This document shows positions 29,419-38,252 of a DNA stretch of 64,000 nucleotides, one piece after another. The stretch lies in the NCBI GenBank assembly GCA_913042205.1, contig CAJWIY010000004.1, forward strand, positions 3,911 to 67,910, written 5' to 3'. The position numbers were made by a program, and so were the translations under genes. The DNA is from an uncultured Gammaproteobacteria bacterium. GTDB taxonomy: Bacteria > Pseudomonadota > Gammaproteobacteria > Pseudomonadales > Litorivicinaceae. How positions within the stretch are numbered: the first letter of the stretch is position 1; the number at the start of each line of letters is the position of its first letter. The notes beneath the pieces were generated by a model. It had not been told where the DNA came from and did no database searches. It worked only from the letters and a program-made list of their open reading frames with translations.

Positions 29419-30489
29419 CTATGGGTGCTCTAATTGTGTAAAAATCTCGGTTGGTAAGTCTTGTCCAACCCCAGCAGATAGAGCGAGCCGCATTGTGATT
29501 CCAGCAACGACAGCAAACTGAAGCCCTAACCCAAGATCATTCACGAAACACGTTCGCTCTTGAGCACTGACTCGCCCTTTAACCGCGCCCGAGATCAATT
29601 CTGGAAGCGTTGGACAAGCGGCAAAATCGAATTCATCAGAAATCTCCCAACCACGGCCGCCGGAATGATCAGGAACGATCAGATCGTCGGCCTGCGTTAG
29701 CAACGGCTTCCCATGCCCGACGTGCACACAGACGCTGTCAGCAAGCTGGAGGGCCTGTCTTGAGATTTCAGGGGGCTTAATTGAGCCTACGTGCATGCCC
29801 GCTTCAAAATGTCCGACCTCGAACAATGAATCTATCGAGCTGGTTGCGCACAGAACAATATCAGCTCCCTGAACTGCCTCTACCAAAGAGTCGACAGCGC
29901 AGAAGTTCTGATTAAATTGTTGACTCCAATCGCTACAAAACCGTCCCACATTCTCGGGATTTGGACTGAATACCCTGACTACCTCGACTTCGGGGCGTAC
30001 GGTTAACAACCCCAACAGTTGGGAACCGGCCTGCCAGCCAGATCCAATGATCGCTGCCGTCCGGCTATTAGTTCGCGCCAGATAGCGCGTACCAAGGGCA
30101 CTGGTTGCTCCGACCCGCATTCGCTGAACAACCCCGTCAGGCATTATCGCTAACGGCTCACCTGTTTCAGTTGAGAATACCAAAATCAAACCTGTATAAC
30201 GGGAGCCGGGAGCTGCAGGAACCTTAACCCGGCGGTAGCTATCCCCAACTTTAGGCCAGGTGACGATATCTGAGTTGATCCGCACGGCCCCTACGCCAAG
30301 GCTGGGCGCTATGCCATCCATCGTCTTCAAACCGTAAATAGATTCTCCGCTAGGAACAAGTGTGTCAGAACGTCTTCGGGTGACAGCGACCCCTGACACG
30401 AAATCGAGATAGGCATCTGTCAGGGCATCGATACACTCATCCATGCTGAGGATCTTCGTAATTTCTCGGTTATTTAAAATAAGCGTCAA
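29419..30489 (-). CDS. Ornithine cyclodeaminase / mu-crystallin family protein
   Basis: 356 aa with TTG start. OCD-type N-terminus and Rossmann region (AAIIGSGWQAGSQL). 20-nt overlap with the upstream TauD-like gene. Confidence 0.8.
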   Translation of the reverse strand: MTLILNNREITKILSMDECIDALTDAYLDFVSGVAVTRRRSDTLVPSGESIYGLKTMDGIAPSLGVGAVRINSDIVTWPKVGDSYRRVKVPAAPGSRYTGLILVFSTETGEPLAIMPDGVVQRMRVGATSALGTRYLARTNSRTAAIIGSGWQAGSQLLGLLTVRPEVEVVRVFSPNPENVGRFCSDWSQQFNQNFCAVDSLVEAVQGADIVLCATSSIDSLFEVGHFEAGMHVGSIKPPEISRQALQLADSVCVHVGHGKPLLTQADDLIVPDHSGGRGWEISDEFDFAACPTLPELISGAVKGRVSAQERTCFVNDLGLGLQFAVVAGITMRLALSAGVGQDLPTEIFTQLEHP

Positions 30490-31333
30490 GTTTTTGTCCT
30501 TTGATAATATTCCGGCGCAGCATCCTGGTCTCTCCGGCCGGGAAATCGTTCCGCGCGTGGCATGTCGACCAATTATCCCAAATCACGAGATCACCCTTGG
30601 CCCAACGGTGCGAAAAGGTAGCCTCACTCTGATCGATGGCATCAAACAATAGGTCTAGGAGCCTCTTGTTATCAGACAGATTGGATCCGTCTCCCTCGAG
30701 ACCAACGGTACAGAGCGGGTTAAGATAGAGAGCGGGCCTTTGCGAATTTGGGTGCTTTATCACGCTGGGATGTGTCGCGCTTTTTGCGAGACCGTTGAAG
30801 GTAGCTTGGGTAGGTCGCTCAGCGATATTACGATAGTCAAAGGAGTGGGTTCCTCTCAGATGCTTGATACGACTGATCAGATCATCCGGGAGCGAGCAAA
30901 ATACTGCACGCATATCGACGAACCGGGTCTCACCTCCTACTGAGGTGACTTCAAGGGCATAAAGAATAGTCGCTCGGTATGGTTCGTCTATGAAACATCC
31001 GTCATGATGGAGCCACATCTCACCGTCAGGTAACGAGCCTATCGGGACACCATCCTTACGGACGTTTGTAACCAGGCCCATGTAGTCTGCGTAGGGGGAA
31101 CGCTCAGCGCGGTCGGCTGCGGGCCTCGAGCGTTTCGATGGCTCTCCGAAAACCTTTGCCAGCTCGAGCTGCTGGGATTCGGTCAAATCGAGATCTGGAA
31201 AAACGAGCACCCCGAAACGGTCGAGTGCATCGTTGAGTACTGGCTTATCTGACGCTTGTACATCGTCCACATGAAAACCATCGACGATGGCCCCAAACGC
31301 TGGGGATATCGCCTTGAAGTTGATACTACTCAT
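30470..31333 (-). CDS. TauD/TfdA family Fe(II)/2-oxoglutarate dioxygenase
   Basis: 287 aa. WLHHDGCF (HxD), GGETRF, and distal His in WSTCHARNDF. 4-nt overlap with the bicupin gene. Confidence 0.8.
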   Translation of the reverse strand: MSSINFKAISPAFGAIVDGFHVDDVQASDKPVLNDALDRFGVLVFPDLDLTESQQLELAKVFGEPSKRSRPAADRAERSPYADYMGLVTNVRKDGVPIGSLPDGEMWLHHDGCFIDEPYRATILYALEVTSVGGETRFVDMRAVFCSLPDDLISRIKHLRGTHSFDYRNIAERPTQATFNGLAKSATHPSVIKHPNSQRPALYLNPLCTVGLEGDGSNLSDNKRLLDLLFDAIDQSEATFSHRWAKGDLVIWDNWSTCHARNDFPAGETRMLRRNIIKGQKLDAYFK

Positions 31334-32439
31334 GGGTTAGGTATGAATTTTTCCATCTTTGCATCTACCCCGTTCTTATGCATTTCTTCCAACCAGATAC
31401 GGTGAATCTTAGGATTCTGATCTTCGTATTCGATCTGATCACCACCGTCTTTTAGGCTGGTCGACACTGCACCCTTTTCGCCTGGCTTTATGCCGAGCAG
31501 TGAGCGCCTGTTCGCTGTTGTAAACGGATACCGGGTGCCACCGATCCCTGTAGCGAGATACCGCGCAGGGTTCGTCGATGTATTAAAGTGTTGATGGAAC
31601 TGCTGATCGGCTGGGGGGAATACGACACCGTGTTTCCAATCGACCCTCGTGAAGTCAGGATCACCGTCGTACCAAAGCAAAGAATATCCGTGCCCTGTCA
31701 CACACATGACATGAAATCCTGGACCATGTCGGTGACCTTTTTTGTAGGTCCCAACAGGCATTTCAGATATGTGTGCGTGCATTACCCCGTCAGCAAGAAC
31801 AAACATGATATTGGTCCCACCTGCTCCCCGATCTCCCCACGCACGCAGTTCGATTTCGGCGAGATCTGGAACAAAATTAGTTTCCCACATATGGTTTCCT
31901 TGGCGGATCTCATGGAAATCGCCATCACCGGTAAAATAGCCATCCTTGCCCGCTCTGACCGAAAAATCGTATGGCTGATCGAACACAAACGACTCGTCAT
32001 TAAATAAATTCATCACTGTCGCACAGTTTGTTGTAGCAACAATCAGGGCCCTATCGGTGCCACTTCCATTGAAATGACGATATTTGGCATTTAAAGGGAT
32101 TGCGAACAGACTGCGGGGACCCCATTCGAACAAATGTTTTGACCCATTAGCCAGCTCGACCTGCGTCGATCCGTGCCCTTCCAAAACATAGATCACCTTC
32201 TCAAAGAGATGCTGTTGCACCGCGGTTGATCCGCCTTTGGAAATCTCGAGCAGGAACATGCTCGAAAAATCGCCACGTCCTTTGAGATGAACAGCTGCAC
32301 CATCACAACCAAATCGATTCCACGGCTTGACTGGGACCTCAAATAGATCAATCCCGACATCTTCAACAACAGGAATACCCTCTGCATTTACCCACTCCAA
32401 GTAGGGATCAACACCATACCGGGGCTCACCAACATTCAT
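31330..32439 (-). CDS. Bicupin protein (gentisate 1,2-dioxygenase-like fold), function unknown
   Basis: 369 aa with two cupin barrels. The C-terminal barrel has a full His set (GHRHGPGFHVMCVTGHG ... FHQHFN). The N-terminal barrel is degenerate (QQHLFEKVIYVLEGHG). Confidence 0.7.
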   Translation of the reverse strand: MNVGEPRYGVDPYLEWVNAEGIPVVEDVGIDLFEVPVKPWNRFGCDGAAVHLKGRGDFSSMFLLEISKGGSTAVQQHLFEKVIYVLEGHGSTQVELANGSKHLFEWGPRSLFAIPLNAKYRHFNGSGTDRALIVATTNCATVMNLFNDESFVFDQPYDFSVRAGKDGYFTGDGDFHEIRQGNHMWETNFVPDLAEIELRAWGDRGAGGTNIMFVLADGVMHAHISEMPVGTYKKGHRHGPGFHVMCVTGHGYSLLWYDGDPDFTRVDWKHGVVFPPADQQFHQHFNTSTNPARYLATGIGGTRYPFTTANRRSLLGIKPGEKGAVSTSLKDGGDQIEYEDQNPKIHRIWLEEMHKNGVDAKMEKFIPNP

Positions 32440-32447
32440 AATTCCTC

Positions 32448-33980
32448 CTAGTGCTCTATTTGCTGAGCTGAGTCAAATACTAGCGACTTGATAACCAACG
32501 GAATGACGCCGGGCGGATTAATCATTTCCCCGACATCAATATAATCCAAGTCAGACAAGACGATGCCATCTAACGACAGTAAATAGTCGCCCTTGTTCAA
32601 TTCTTTACTCAATATACGACCCAGTAAACGACCAACGTCTCCGTCAATCACCACGACCAGTGGTGCAGTTCGCTCCGGACAACACAATGCCCCATCGATC
32701 GCGTCGGCTACTGCCTTGAGACGCTGATAACTTGGTTCTCCGCTCCAAGAAAATGCGAGAGCAACGGGACCGTTTTTATCGACATCCCTCATCTGACATG
32801 CATCAATGATCTCCTCAGTAACCAACTCTGATTCAACATCTACTTGGGATAGATCGATGTTTGGGTGGACTACGGGAACGTTCCTCAACGGCAAAAATTT
32901 AAGACTGTTAGAAAAAATCGTCTTACCTGAGACTTGAACAGTGAACTGGGAGGCACCGATCACGGTCGCTCGAATACCGTGTTGTACATCAACAGTAACC
33001 GGGACACCCAGAGCTGCTCTTAGCTGCCGATTTAGTTCGTTTGCTAGATCGTATGAGAGATCGCCCAAGGGTTGGCTCTCTCGTCCATAGATGAATTCAG
33101 ACACGCCACCAGAAAAACTCAACTCCTCCGGAACAACAGACCAAGACAGTGGTTCAGTCAGAAGTAAAGTATCCAAAAGCGAATCGGGCTCAGATCCTGA
33201 AATCACCGACACTAGAACTTCGGCCATGCATACAACGATTTGCTGTCTTTGCGAGTCAGAGATATCAGATACACGGTCAAATACAATTCCCAAATGATTT
33301 GATACTGTTAAGATCGAATCATCACAACGCACCCAATTTCCGCTGTCGTCAGTGGCCATCAGACGCCCACCAATAGCGCACGCAGCTATAGACACTATCG
33401 TCCCTGCATCAATGAGCGCGACCTTTGTCGTGCCACCACCAATATCGACGTGCAGAACCTTTTTTTTGTACCGCTTAGACCGTTCAACAGCCCCAGAACC
33501 GTGTGCGGCCAGAACGCATTCGAGCCGATGTCCGGCCGTCGCGCAAACAAACTTCCCCGCCTGTTCCGCAAACAACTCGTCTATAGACTTGGCGTTGGAC
33601 CGCTTAATCGCTTCACCGGTAAGAATAACCGCACCAGAATCCACATCATGCTTATGCAAGCCAGCGTCAAAATACGCCTGCTCAATAGACCTACCTAAAG
33701 CATCGGCGTCAATGAGTCCGTTGTTTAAGAAGGGTGTAAAGTGGATCGGAGATTGCCACAGGATTTCCCGCTTAATAACTTCGTATCGACTCGAAAGTCC
33801 CTGCGCCCTTCGCTGTAAATGAACCTTCGCAAAGATCAGATGAGACGTTGATGACCCGATATCGATCCCAACCGTGACCAGTTCGATGTGCTCCTGCTCC
33901 CAAATGGAGTCAGCGACGGCTTTCTTGGTCTGGACAGATGGATGATGGTCGTGCCCTTCATGGGCTCTAACTGGGTTCAT
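32448..33980 (-). CDS. EutA-like ASKHA-fold ATPase (ethanolamine ammonia-lyase reactivase family) with His-rich N-terminus
   Basis: 510 aa. VGIDIGSSTSHLIF, DSGAVILTGEA, CATAGHRLECVLAAHGSGA and VDIGGGTTK align with EutA as recalled. N-terminal HEGHDHH is encoded at 33942-33962. Confidence 0.75.
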   Translation of the reverse strand: MNPVRAHEGHDHHPSVQTKKAVADSIWEQEHIELVTVGIDIGSSTSHLIFAKVHLQRRAQGLSSRYEVIKREILWQSPIHFTPFLNNGLIDADALGRSIEQAYFDAGLHKHDVDSGAVILTGEAIKRSNAKSIDELFAEQAGKFVCATAGHRLECVLAAHGSGAVERSKRYKKKVLHVDIGGGTTKVALIDAGTIVSIAACAIGGRLMATDDSGNWVRCDDSILTVSNHLGIVFDRVSDISDSQRQQIVVCMAEVLVSVISGSEPDSLLDTLLLTEPLSWSVVPEELSFSGGVSEFIYGRESQPLGDLSYDLANELNRQLRAALGVPVTVDVQHGIRATVIGASQFTVQVSGKTIFSNSLKFLPLRNVPVVHPNIDLSQVDVESELVTEEIIDACQMRDVDKNGPVALAFSWSGEPSYQRLKAVADAIDGALCCPERTAPLVVVIDGDVGRLLGRILSKELNKGDYLLSLDGIVLSDLDYIDVGEMINPPGVIPLVIKSLVFDSAQQIEH

Positions 33981-33986
33981 AAAAGC

Positions 33987-33998
33987 TTAGGTATCTAA
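33987..33998. promoter_or_regulatory. Palindromic operator-like site TTAGGTATCTAA (CTTAG-N4-CTAA family)
   Basis: Exact 13-mer CTTAGGTATCTAA is shared with 49161-49173. Lies 6 nt upstream of the EutA-like start codon. Confidence 0.5.
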
Positions 33999-34008
33999 CT
34001 AATATAAG

Positions 34009-34039
34009 AAAAAAAACGCCGGCATTACCGGCGCTTTTT
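34009..34039 (-). terminator. Rho-independent terminator after the TTT binding-protein gene
   Basis: All-GC 6-bp stem CGCCGG / CCGGCG (34017-34022 and 34028-34033) with a 5-nt loop. On the minus strand it is followed by T8 (A8 at 34009-34016 on plus); T5 lies on the plus side. Confidence 0.65.
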
Positions 34040-34043
34040 CCAC

Positions 34044-35072
34044 TTACCTGATCGCAGAAATGACTTCTTGAATCACGGCGTCAGGAGTACCGTATGCGGT
34101 ATTCACCAGCCCCGCGACTTCGTCGCCAGAAATCGGAGACAAATCAAACCCACCTTTTTTGGCGTCGGCCAGAAAATCGGGATCACTCATTGTCGCGGTA
34201 AATGCGGCTTTAAGCGCTGCCGCGCGATCAGCAGGCACTCCTGGAGGTGCGACGTAAGGACGTCCAAGACCTTGGCGAGCAAACATCAGGTTAAGCATTT
34301 GGGTCTGCTTTTTCGAGTTGTAGGTTTTGACGAGATCCATAACTAATGGTACGTCTGGGAGCTCAGGATGCGCGACCGTTGACATTTGCATTAGCAGAAC
34401 GAGATCACCACTCGCTAGCAGGTCCTTACTCTTGGATTTGATCGATGACCAAGACCAGCCACAGCGAGCATCGAGCTCACCGGCGATCATAGCTTTCACT
34501 ACATCCTTACCGCCGCCATATGGGCCTACCACCTTGAACTTGGTGTCAAGAACATAGTTAAGCAATTTCGGGAATTGATCGGTATCAGATCCGCTTCCGT
34601 TGCCCCCTGCCAACACTTCCCGGGTCCGCAAATCTTTCCATGACTTGATACCGGTTTTCTTGGTCGTGGCGCAGATAGATACCTCGTTGTTTGCTGACCC
34701 TATCCATTGAAACTTGTCGGCTGAAAACTTTGCCTTCTTGTTTCCGAGTAGTGGCTCAAACGGAACACCTCGTGATACAGCGCCAATCGCAGTACCGTCC
34801 TGAGGGGCACCCTCCCATAGCCAATTGGTGAGCTTAACGCTTCCCGCTCCGGGCATATTCTTTGGAACGATATTTGGATTACCTGGGATATGCTTACCCA
34901 TATGACGAGCAATCAATCGTGCGTAACCATCGTATCCACCGCCTGGCTTGTAACCAATGTAGAGCTCGACGTCTTTTCCTTTATAGAAGTCTGCTACGGC
35001 GTCCGCTAGTACTCCCGCTGAGGCGGTAACACAAGCCAGACCGATCACTGCAGATTGAAGAAGTTTTTTCAT
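34044..35072 (-). CDS. Tripartite tricarboxylate transporter (TTT) substrate-binding protein (TctC / Bug family)
   Basis: 342 aa. Signal peptide MKKLLQSAVIGLACVTASAGVLA. KPGGGYDGYARLIARHMGKHIPGNPNIVPKNMPGAGS is typical of the Bug family. Confidence 0.85.
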   Translation of the reverse strand: MKKLLQSAVIGLACVTASAGVLADAVADFYKGKDVELYIGYKPGGGYDGYARLIARHMGKHIPGNPNIVPKNMPGAGSVKLTNWLWEGAPQDGTAIGAVSRGVPFEPLLGNKKAKFSADKFQWIGSANNEVSICATTKKTGIKSWKDLRTREVLAGGNGSGSDTDQFPKLLNYVLDTKFKVVGPYGGGKDVVKAMIAGELDARCGWSWSSIKSKSKDLLASGDLVLLMQMSTVAHPELPDVPLVMDLVKTYNSKKQTQMLNLMFARQGLGRPYVAPPGVPADRAAALKAAFTATMSDPDFLADAKKGGFDLSPISGDEVAGLVNTAYGTPDAVIQEVISAIR

Positions 35073-35195
35073 TATTTTTCCTCGTTTATCTGTTGCATAT
35101 TCTGCATGTACCAGACTAGATAATTCGATTCAAAATGTAAGTCCTATCTCAGACCATTTTAATATTGGCCAGAATATTACCCAATCTTACTGAGA

Positions 35196-37223
35196 CTATA
35201 TCGTGGGAATGATTCCTCTGAGTTCGGGGAATATCGCCCTGATTAATGACTCCGGCCAGGCTATATGGAACCCTTGGTCGAATACGAAATAAATCAAACA
35301 ACCAATCACAACGACATACGCTGTCGTCATCCTAAACGACTCATTCCCGCGGACTCGCATGTAACCTATCACAAACAGAGTAGATGCGACCAAGATACCA
35401 CCGACCCACCACGCGAATAGGAAGCCGCAGAGCCACAAAAAAAACTCGAATACCCGGAAGTTATATGATGCGCGGGTGAGACTGCCTAGATCAGACGATA
35501 AATCCAGCGCCGAGCCTTCTGAGTAGCCTTCATTACCTCGTCGAAGAATTGCGTTCGATAGGTTAATCAATATGATCACTAATGTGACGCCGATGATAAC
35601 CTGCGGCGCTCCCTGGGAGTCCTCGTCCCACCCAAATGAGCTGGCTAATGACCAAATCAATAGACCGAGAAGACCAACCGGAAACAGATCAGTCAGCCGA
35701 AACTGTGGCTTAGAAAATGCGAAGATATCGACTTTCTCTTTCTTAATGAAAACCCGAGTAAACAGAGGCTGCAGTAAACTCAGAGCCGCGAGCACAAGCA
35801 TGACAGTGCACACTGGTTTCAGAACCCACGCCCACTCATAGATCTGATAGGAGATCCGCATGTAGTCCTCGACGATCCCACCCAGAACAAATCCTAAAAT
35901 AAGTGGGGGACGAGGCCACTTGAGGTGCTTCATCGTCCAGCCGACGATACCAAAAATCAGTAGCGTAAACAGATCCCCCCAGTCGGCAGACGCTTGATAC
36001 GCACCCACCATCATGATTGAGATGATCGCCGGGATGACTAGCGTGTATCGCAACGTTGCGATCTTAGCGAACTGACCGCTGAAGGCAAAACAGAGCCCGG
36101 CGCCTAGGATATTAGCCAACGCGATTGACCAAACCATAGTGTAGGTCACGTCTAAATTATCAGTCACCATCGACTTGCCCGGGACTAGACCATGAATCAT
36201 GAAGCCGCCCAACAAAAGGGCCATCGACGCTGAACCGGGCACACCAAAAGCGATTGTTGGCACCAGAGATCCACCCTCTTTTGCGTTATTTGCACTCTCA
36301 GGCGCAATGACTCCTCGCACATCTCCCTTTCCAAAAGTCTTATCCGCATCCTTGATCGACTTAGCTGCGTATCCGTAGGCAAACCAATCGACAACAGCCG
36401 AGCCTAGTCCAGGGATGGCTCCGATCATCGCTCCCAGCGATCCACACTTGGCGACAAGCCACCAATTTTTAAATACGTCCCGTAACCCTACTAACATGCC
36501 TTCTTTAAGCTCGTACTTACTCGTGTCAGAGATCGCGGTCCGACGGGCCGCCACGTCACAGATCTCGGGAAGTGCAAACAGTCCGAGTGCCACCGGTAAT
36601 AGAGGTAAGTCATCGACTAAATACAATGTATCGAACGTCCAGCGCTCTTGCCCCGTTTGCGGATCTCCACCGACCATCGACAGCAAGATTCCAAATCCGG
36701 CCATCGATAGCCCACGCAGTGGCATCGAGCCAGATAATGCAGAAACCATCGAAAGGCCAAAAATTGAAAACGCGAGCAATTCTGGCGAATTTATGTGTAG
36801 CAGTATTGGACGGAGCACTGGAATCGTTAAGCCAAGGAGGAATGCACCCCAGAGCCCTCCGATCAGAGACGCGGCATATGCTGCGCTCAAGGCCCTGCCC
36901 GCCTCACCATTTTTTGCCATGCTGTGGCCGTCTAAGACCGTTGCCTGCGAAGCCGATGTTCCAGGAACACCGAAGAGAACTGCTGGGATCGTGTCACTGG
37001 TGGACGTGACCGCTCCCAGACCCAGCATAAACGCAAAGGCTGAATACGCGTCTAAATTGAAAGTGAATGGTAGAAGCAGAGCGAGGCCAGCTACTCCGCC
37101 GACCCCTGGCATAATGCCTAGCGCAAGTCCAATTATGGTGCCCATGCCCAGATAGAAGAGTCGCTCTGGCTCTAACAAAACCGAGAGTGCTGTTATGGCG
37201 ACGTCTAGGAGTGAAGCATCCAT
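35196..37223 (-). CDS. TTT large permease TctA with a C-terminal TctB-like four-helix extension (apparent TctA-TctB fusion)
   Basis: 675 aa, versus about 500 aa for typical TctA. The first 500 aa or so are TctA-like (GIMPGVGGVAGLALLLPFTF). The last 170 aa or so form four extra helices ending in a TctB-like ...FDQGFHIAWPESL. No separate tctB gene is present. Confidence 0.75.
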   Translation of the reverse strand: MDASLLDVAITALSVLLEPERLFYLGMGTIIGLALGIMPGVGGVAGLALLLPFTFNLDAYSAFAFMLGLGAVTSTSDTIPAVLFGVPGTSASQATVLDGHSMAKNGEAGRALSAAYAASLIGGLWGAFLLGLTIPVLRPILLHINSPELLAFSIFGLSMVSALSGSMPLRGLSMAGFGILLSMVGGDPQTGQERWTFDTLYLVDDLPLLPVALGLFALPEICDVAARRTAISDTSKYELKEGMLVGLRDVFKNWWLVAKCGSLGAMIGAIPGLGSAVVDWFAYGYAAKSIKDADKTFGKGDVRGVIAPESANNAKEGGSLVPTIAFGVPGSASMALLLGGFMIHGLVPGKSMVTDNLDVTYTMVWSIALANILGAGLCFAFSGQFAKIATLRYTLVIPAIISIMMVGAYQASADWGDLFTLLIFGIVGWTMKHLKWPRPPLILGFVLGGIVEDYMRISYQIYEWAWVLKPVCTVMLVLAALSLLQPLFTRVFIKKEKVDIFAFSKPQFRLTDLFPVGLLGLLIWSLASSFGWDEDSQGAPQVIIGVTLVIILINLSNAILRRGNEGYSEGSALDLSSDLGSLTRASYNFRVFEFFLWLCGFLFAWWVGGILVASTLFVIGYMRVRGNESFRMTTAYVVVIGCLIYFVFDQGFHIAWPESLIRAIFPELRGIIPTI

Positions 37224-37330
37224 TACTTGTTCCTTATTTTTAGCTCACTAGCTACGCTAACACGGCTATTGGCACTGGAACTAGGGTTTCAGACAGAGCG
37301 TAATCGTCTTGTGCAGATAGAAAAAGACAC

Positions 37331-38173
37331 CTAGGTCGGAAAATTATATTCCTCCAAATCAGGGGATCGCTCTAGATGCCGGTCGACCTTAAAAAGCTTT
37401 ATCGCTTCCCTGACTTGCCCCGCAATGGGAACTGAGAATCGTAACCTGTCAGCCTCAGACAGAAATAGAGCCATATCTTTCTCAGCCCAAAGTGCCGGTC
37501 GATCATCGGCGCGAGTAGACATGGCCCAGTTCGCGCCGCTACTTTTCTCGAGCGCAATTCTCAGCCTCTCCTTATCGATGCCCATCCTTTCACCAAAATC
37601 AAGACCCTCCGTTGATGCTGTGAGACAGGCCCATAGCAGGTAGTTGTTCACAGCCTTAGCGACCTGCCCACACCCGATGGGACCCAGGAATTCGATATCA
37701 CTGCCAAAATGAGCCAATAGTTGTTCTAGCGAGTCCAACAGACCACGATCACCGCCAACAAAAAGCAACAGATCACCCGACTCTGCCGCCGTCTCACCTC
37801 TGGCGATAGGACAGTCGAGCAGCTTTGTAAATTTATTTTGAGACAGCCGCTCGGCCAAGGCACGCATATAACTGGGCCGTACCGTTGCGCAAACCACAAT
37901 TGTCGTATCTGAATCGATACCGGAGATCAGGCCTAGTTTACCGAAGATAATTTCCGTAACCTCGTTCTCAGTGCCCGCGACAACGAAAATATGACGACAG
38001 ATTCTTGCGAGAGATATCGAATCGTCGACCCAATTTACACCTTTCTCTTGCACCGACTGTTTGAGAGATACCGACTTATCTGTCCCATAGACCGGATAAG
38101 AATTAATAAGCCGGAGCGCCATTCTCAGACCCATGCGGCCCAAACCCACAAATCCGATTTTTTCGGCATTCAT
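37331..38173 (-). CDS. NAD(P)-dependent beta-hydroxyacid dehydrogenase (3-hydroxyisobutyrate dehydrogenase family)
   Basis: 280 aa with Rossmann start KIGFVGLGRMGLRMALRL. Confidence 0.8.
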   Translation of the reverse strand: MNAEKIGFVGLGRMGLRMALRLINSYPVYGTDKSVSLKQSVQEKGVNWVDDSISLARICRHIFVVAGTENEVTEIIFGKLGLISGIDSDTTIVVCATVRPSYMRALAERLSQNKFTKLLDCPIARGETAAESGDLLLFVGGDRGLLDSLEQLLAHFGSDIEFLGPIGCGQVAKAVNNYLLWACLTASTEGLDFGERMGIDKERLRIALEKSSGANWAMSTRADDRPALWAEKDMALFLSEADRLRFSVPIAGQVREAIKLFKVDRHLERSPDLEEYNFPT

Positions 38174-38252
38174 TCCTATCTCCCCTATGCTTGTAAATTG
38201 TTTTACCCGGTCCGATATTGTGTATCACAGTTCAACTGATCGTGAGAAGTCG

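Noticed and set aside
32448-33980. The EutA homologue as evidence for an ethanolamine-utilisation (eut) locus or microcompartment
   Set aside because: No eutB/eutC, no shell proteins (EutM/N/K/L/S), no aldehyde dehydrogenase EutE and no cobalamin genes are nearby. The neighbours are a bicupin, a TauD-like gene and an OCD gene.
36415-37155. 246-aa plus-strand ORF, with a nested 145-aa ORF at 36572-37009
   Set aside because: It lies entirely antisense to the well-supported TctA permease gene. The composition is Pro/Ser/Ala/Arg-rich with no recognisable family, so it is a typical shadow ORF.
38217-38231. Imperfect palindrome ATTGTG-TAT-CACAGT between the beta-hydroxyacid dehydrogenase and ALDH genes
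   Set aside because: It is a single occurrence with 5/6 arm complementarity and no related copy in the window. The spacing does not fit CRP/FNR-type sites, so it cannot be distinguished from chance.
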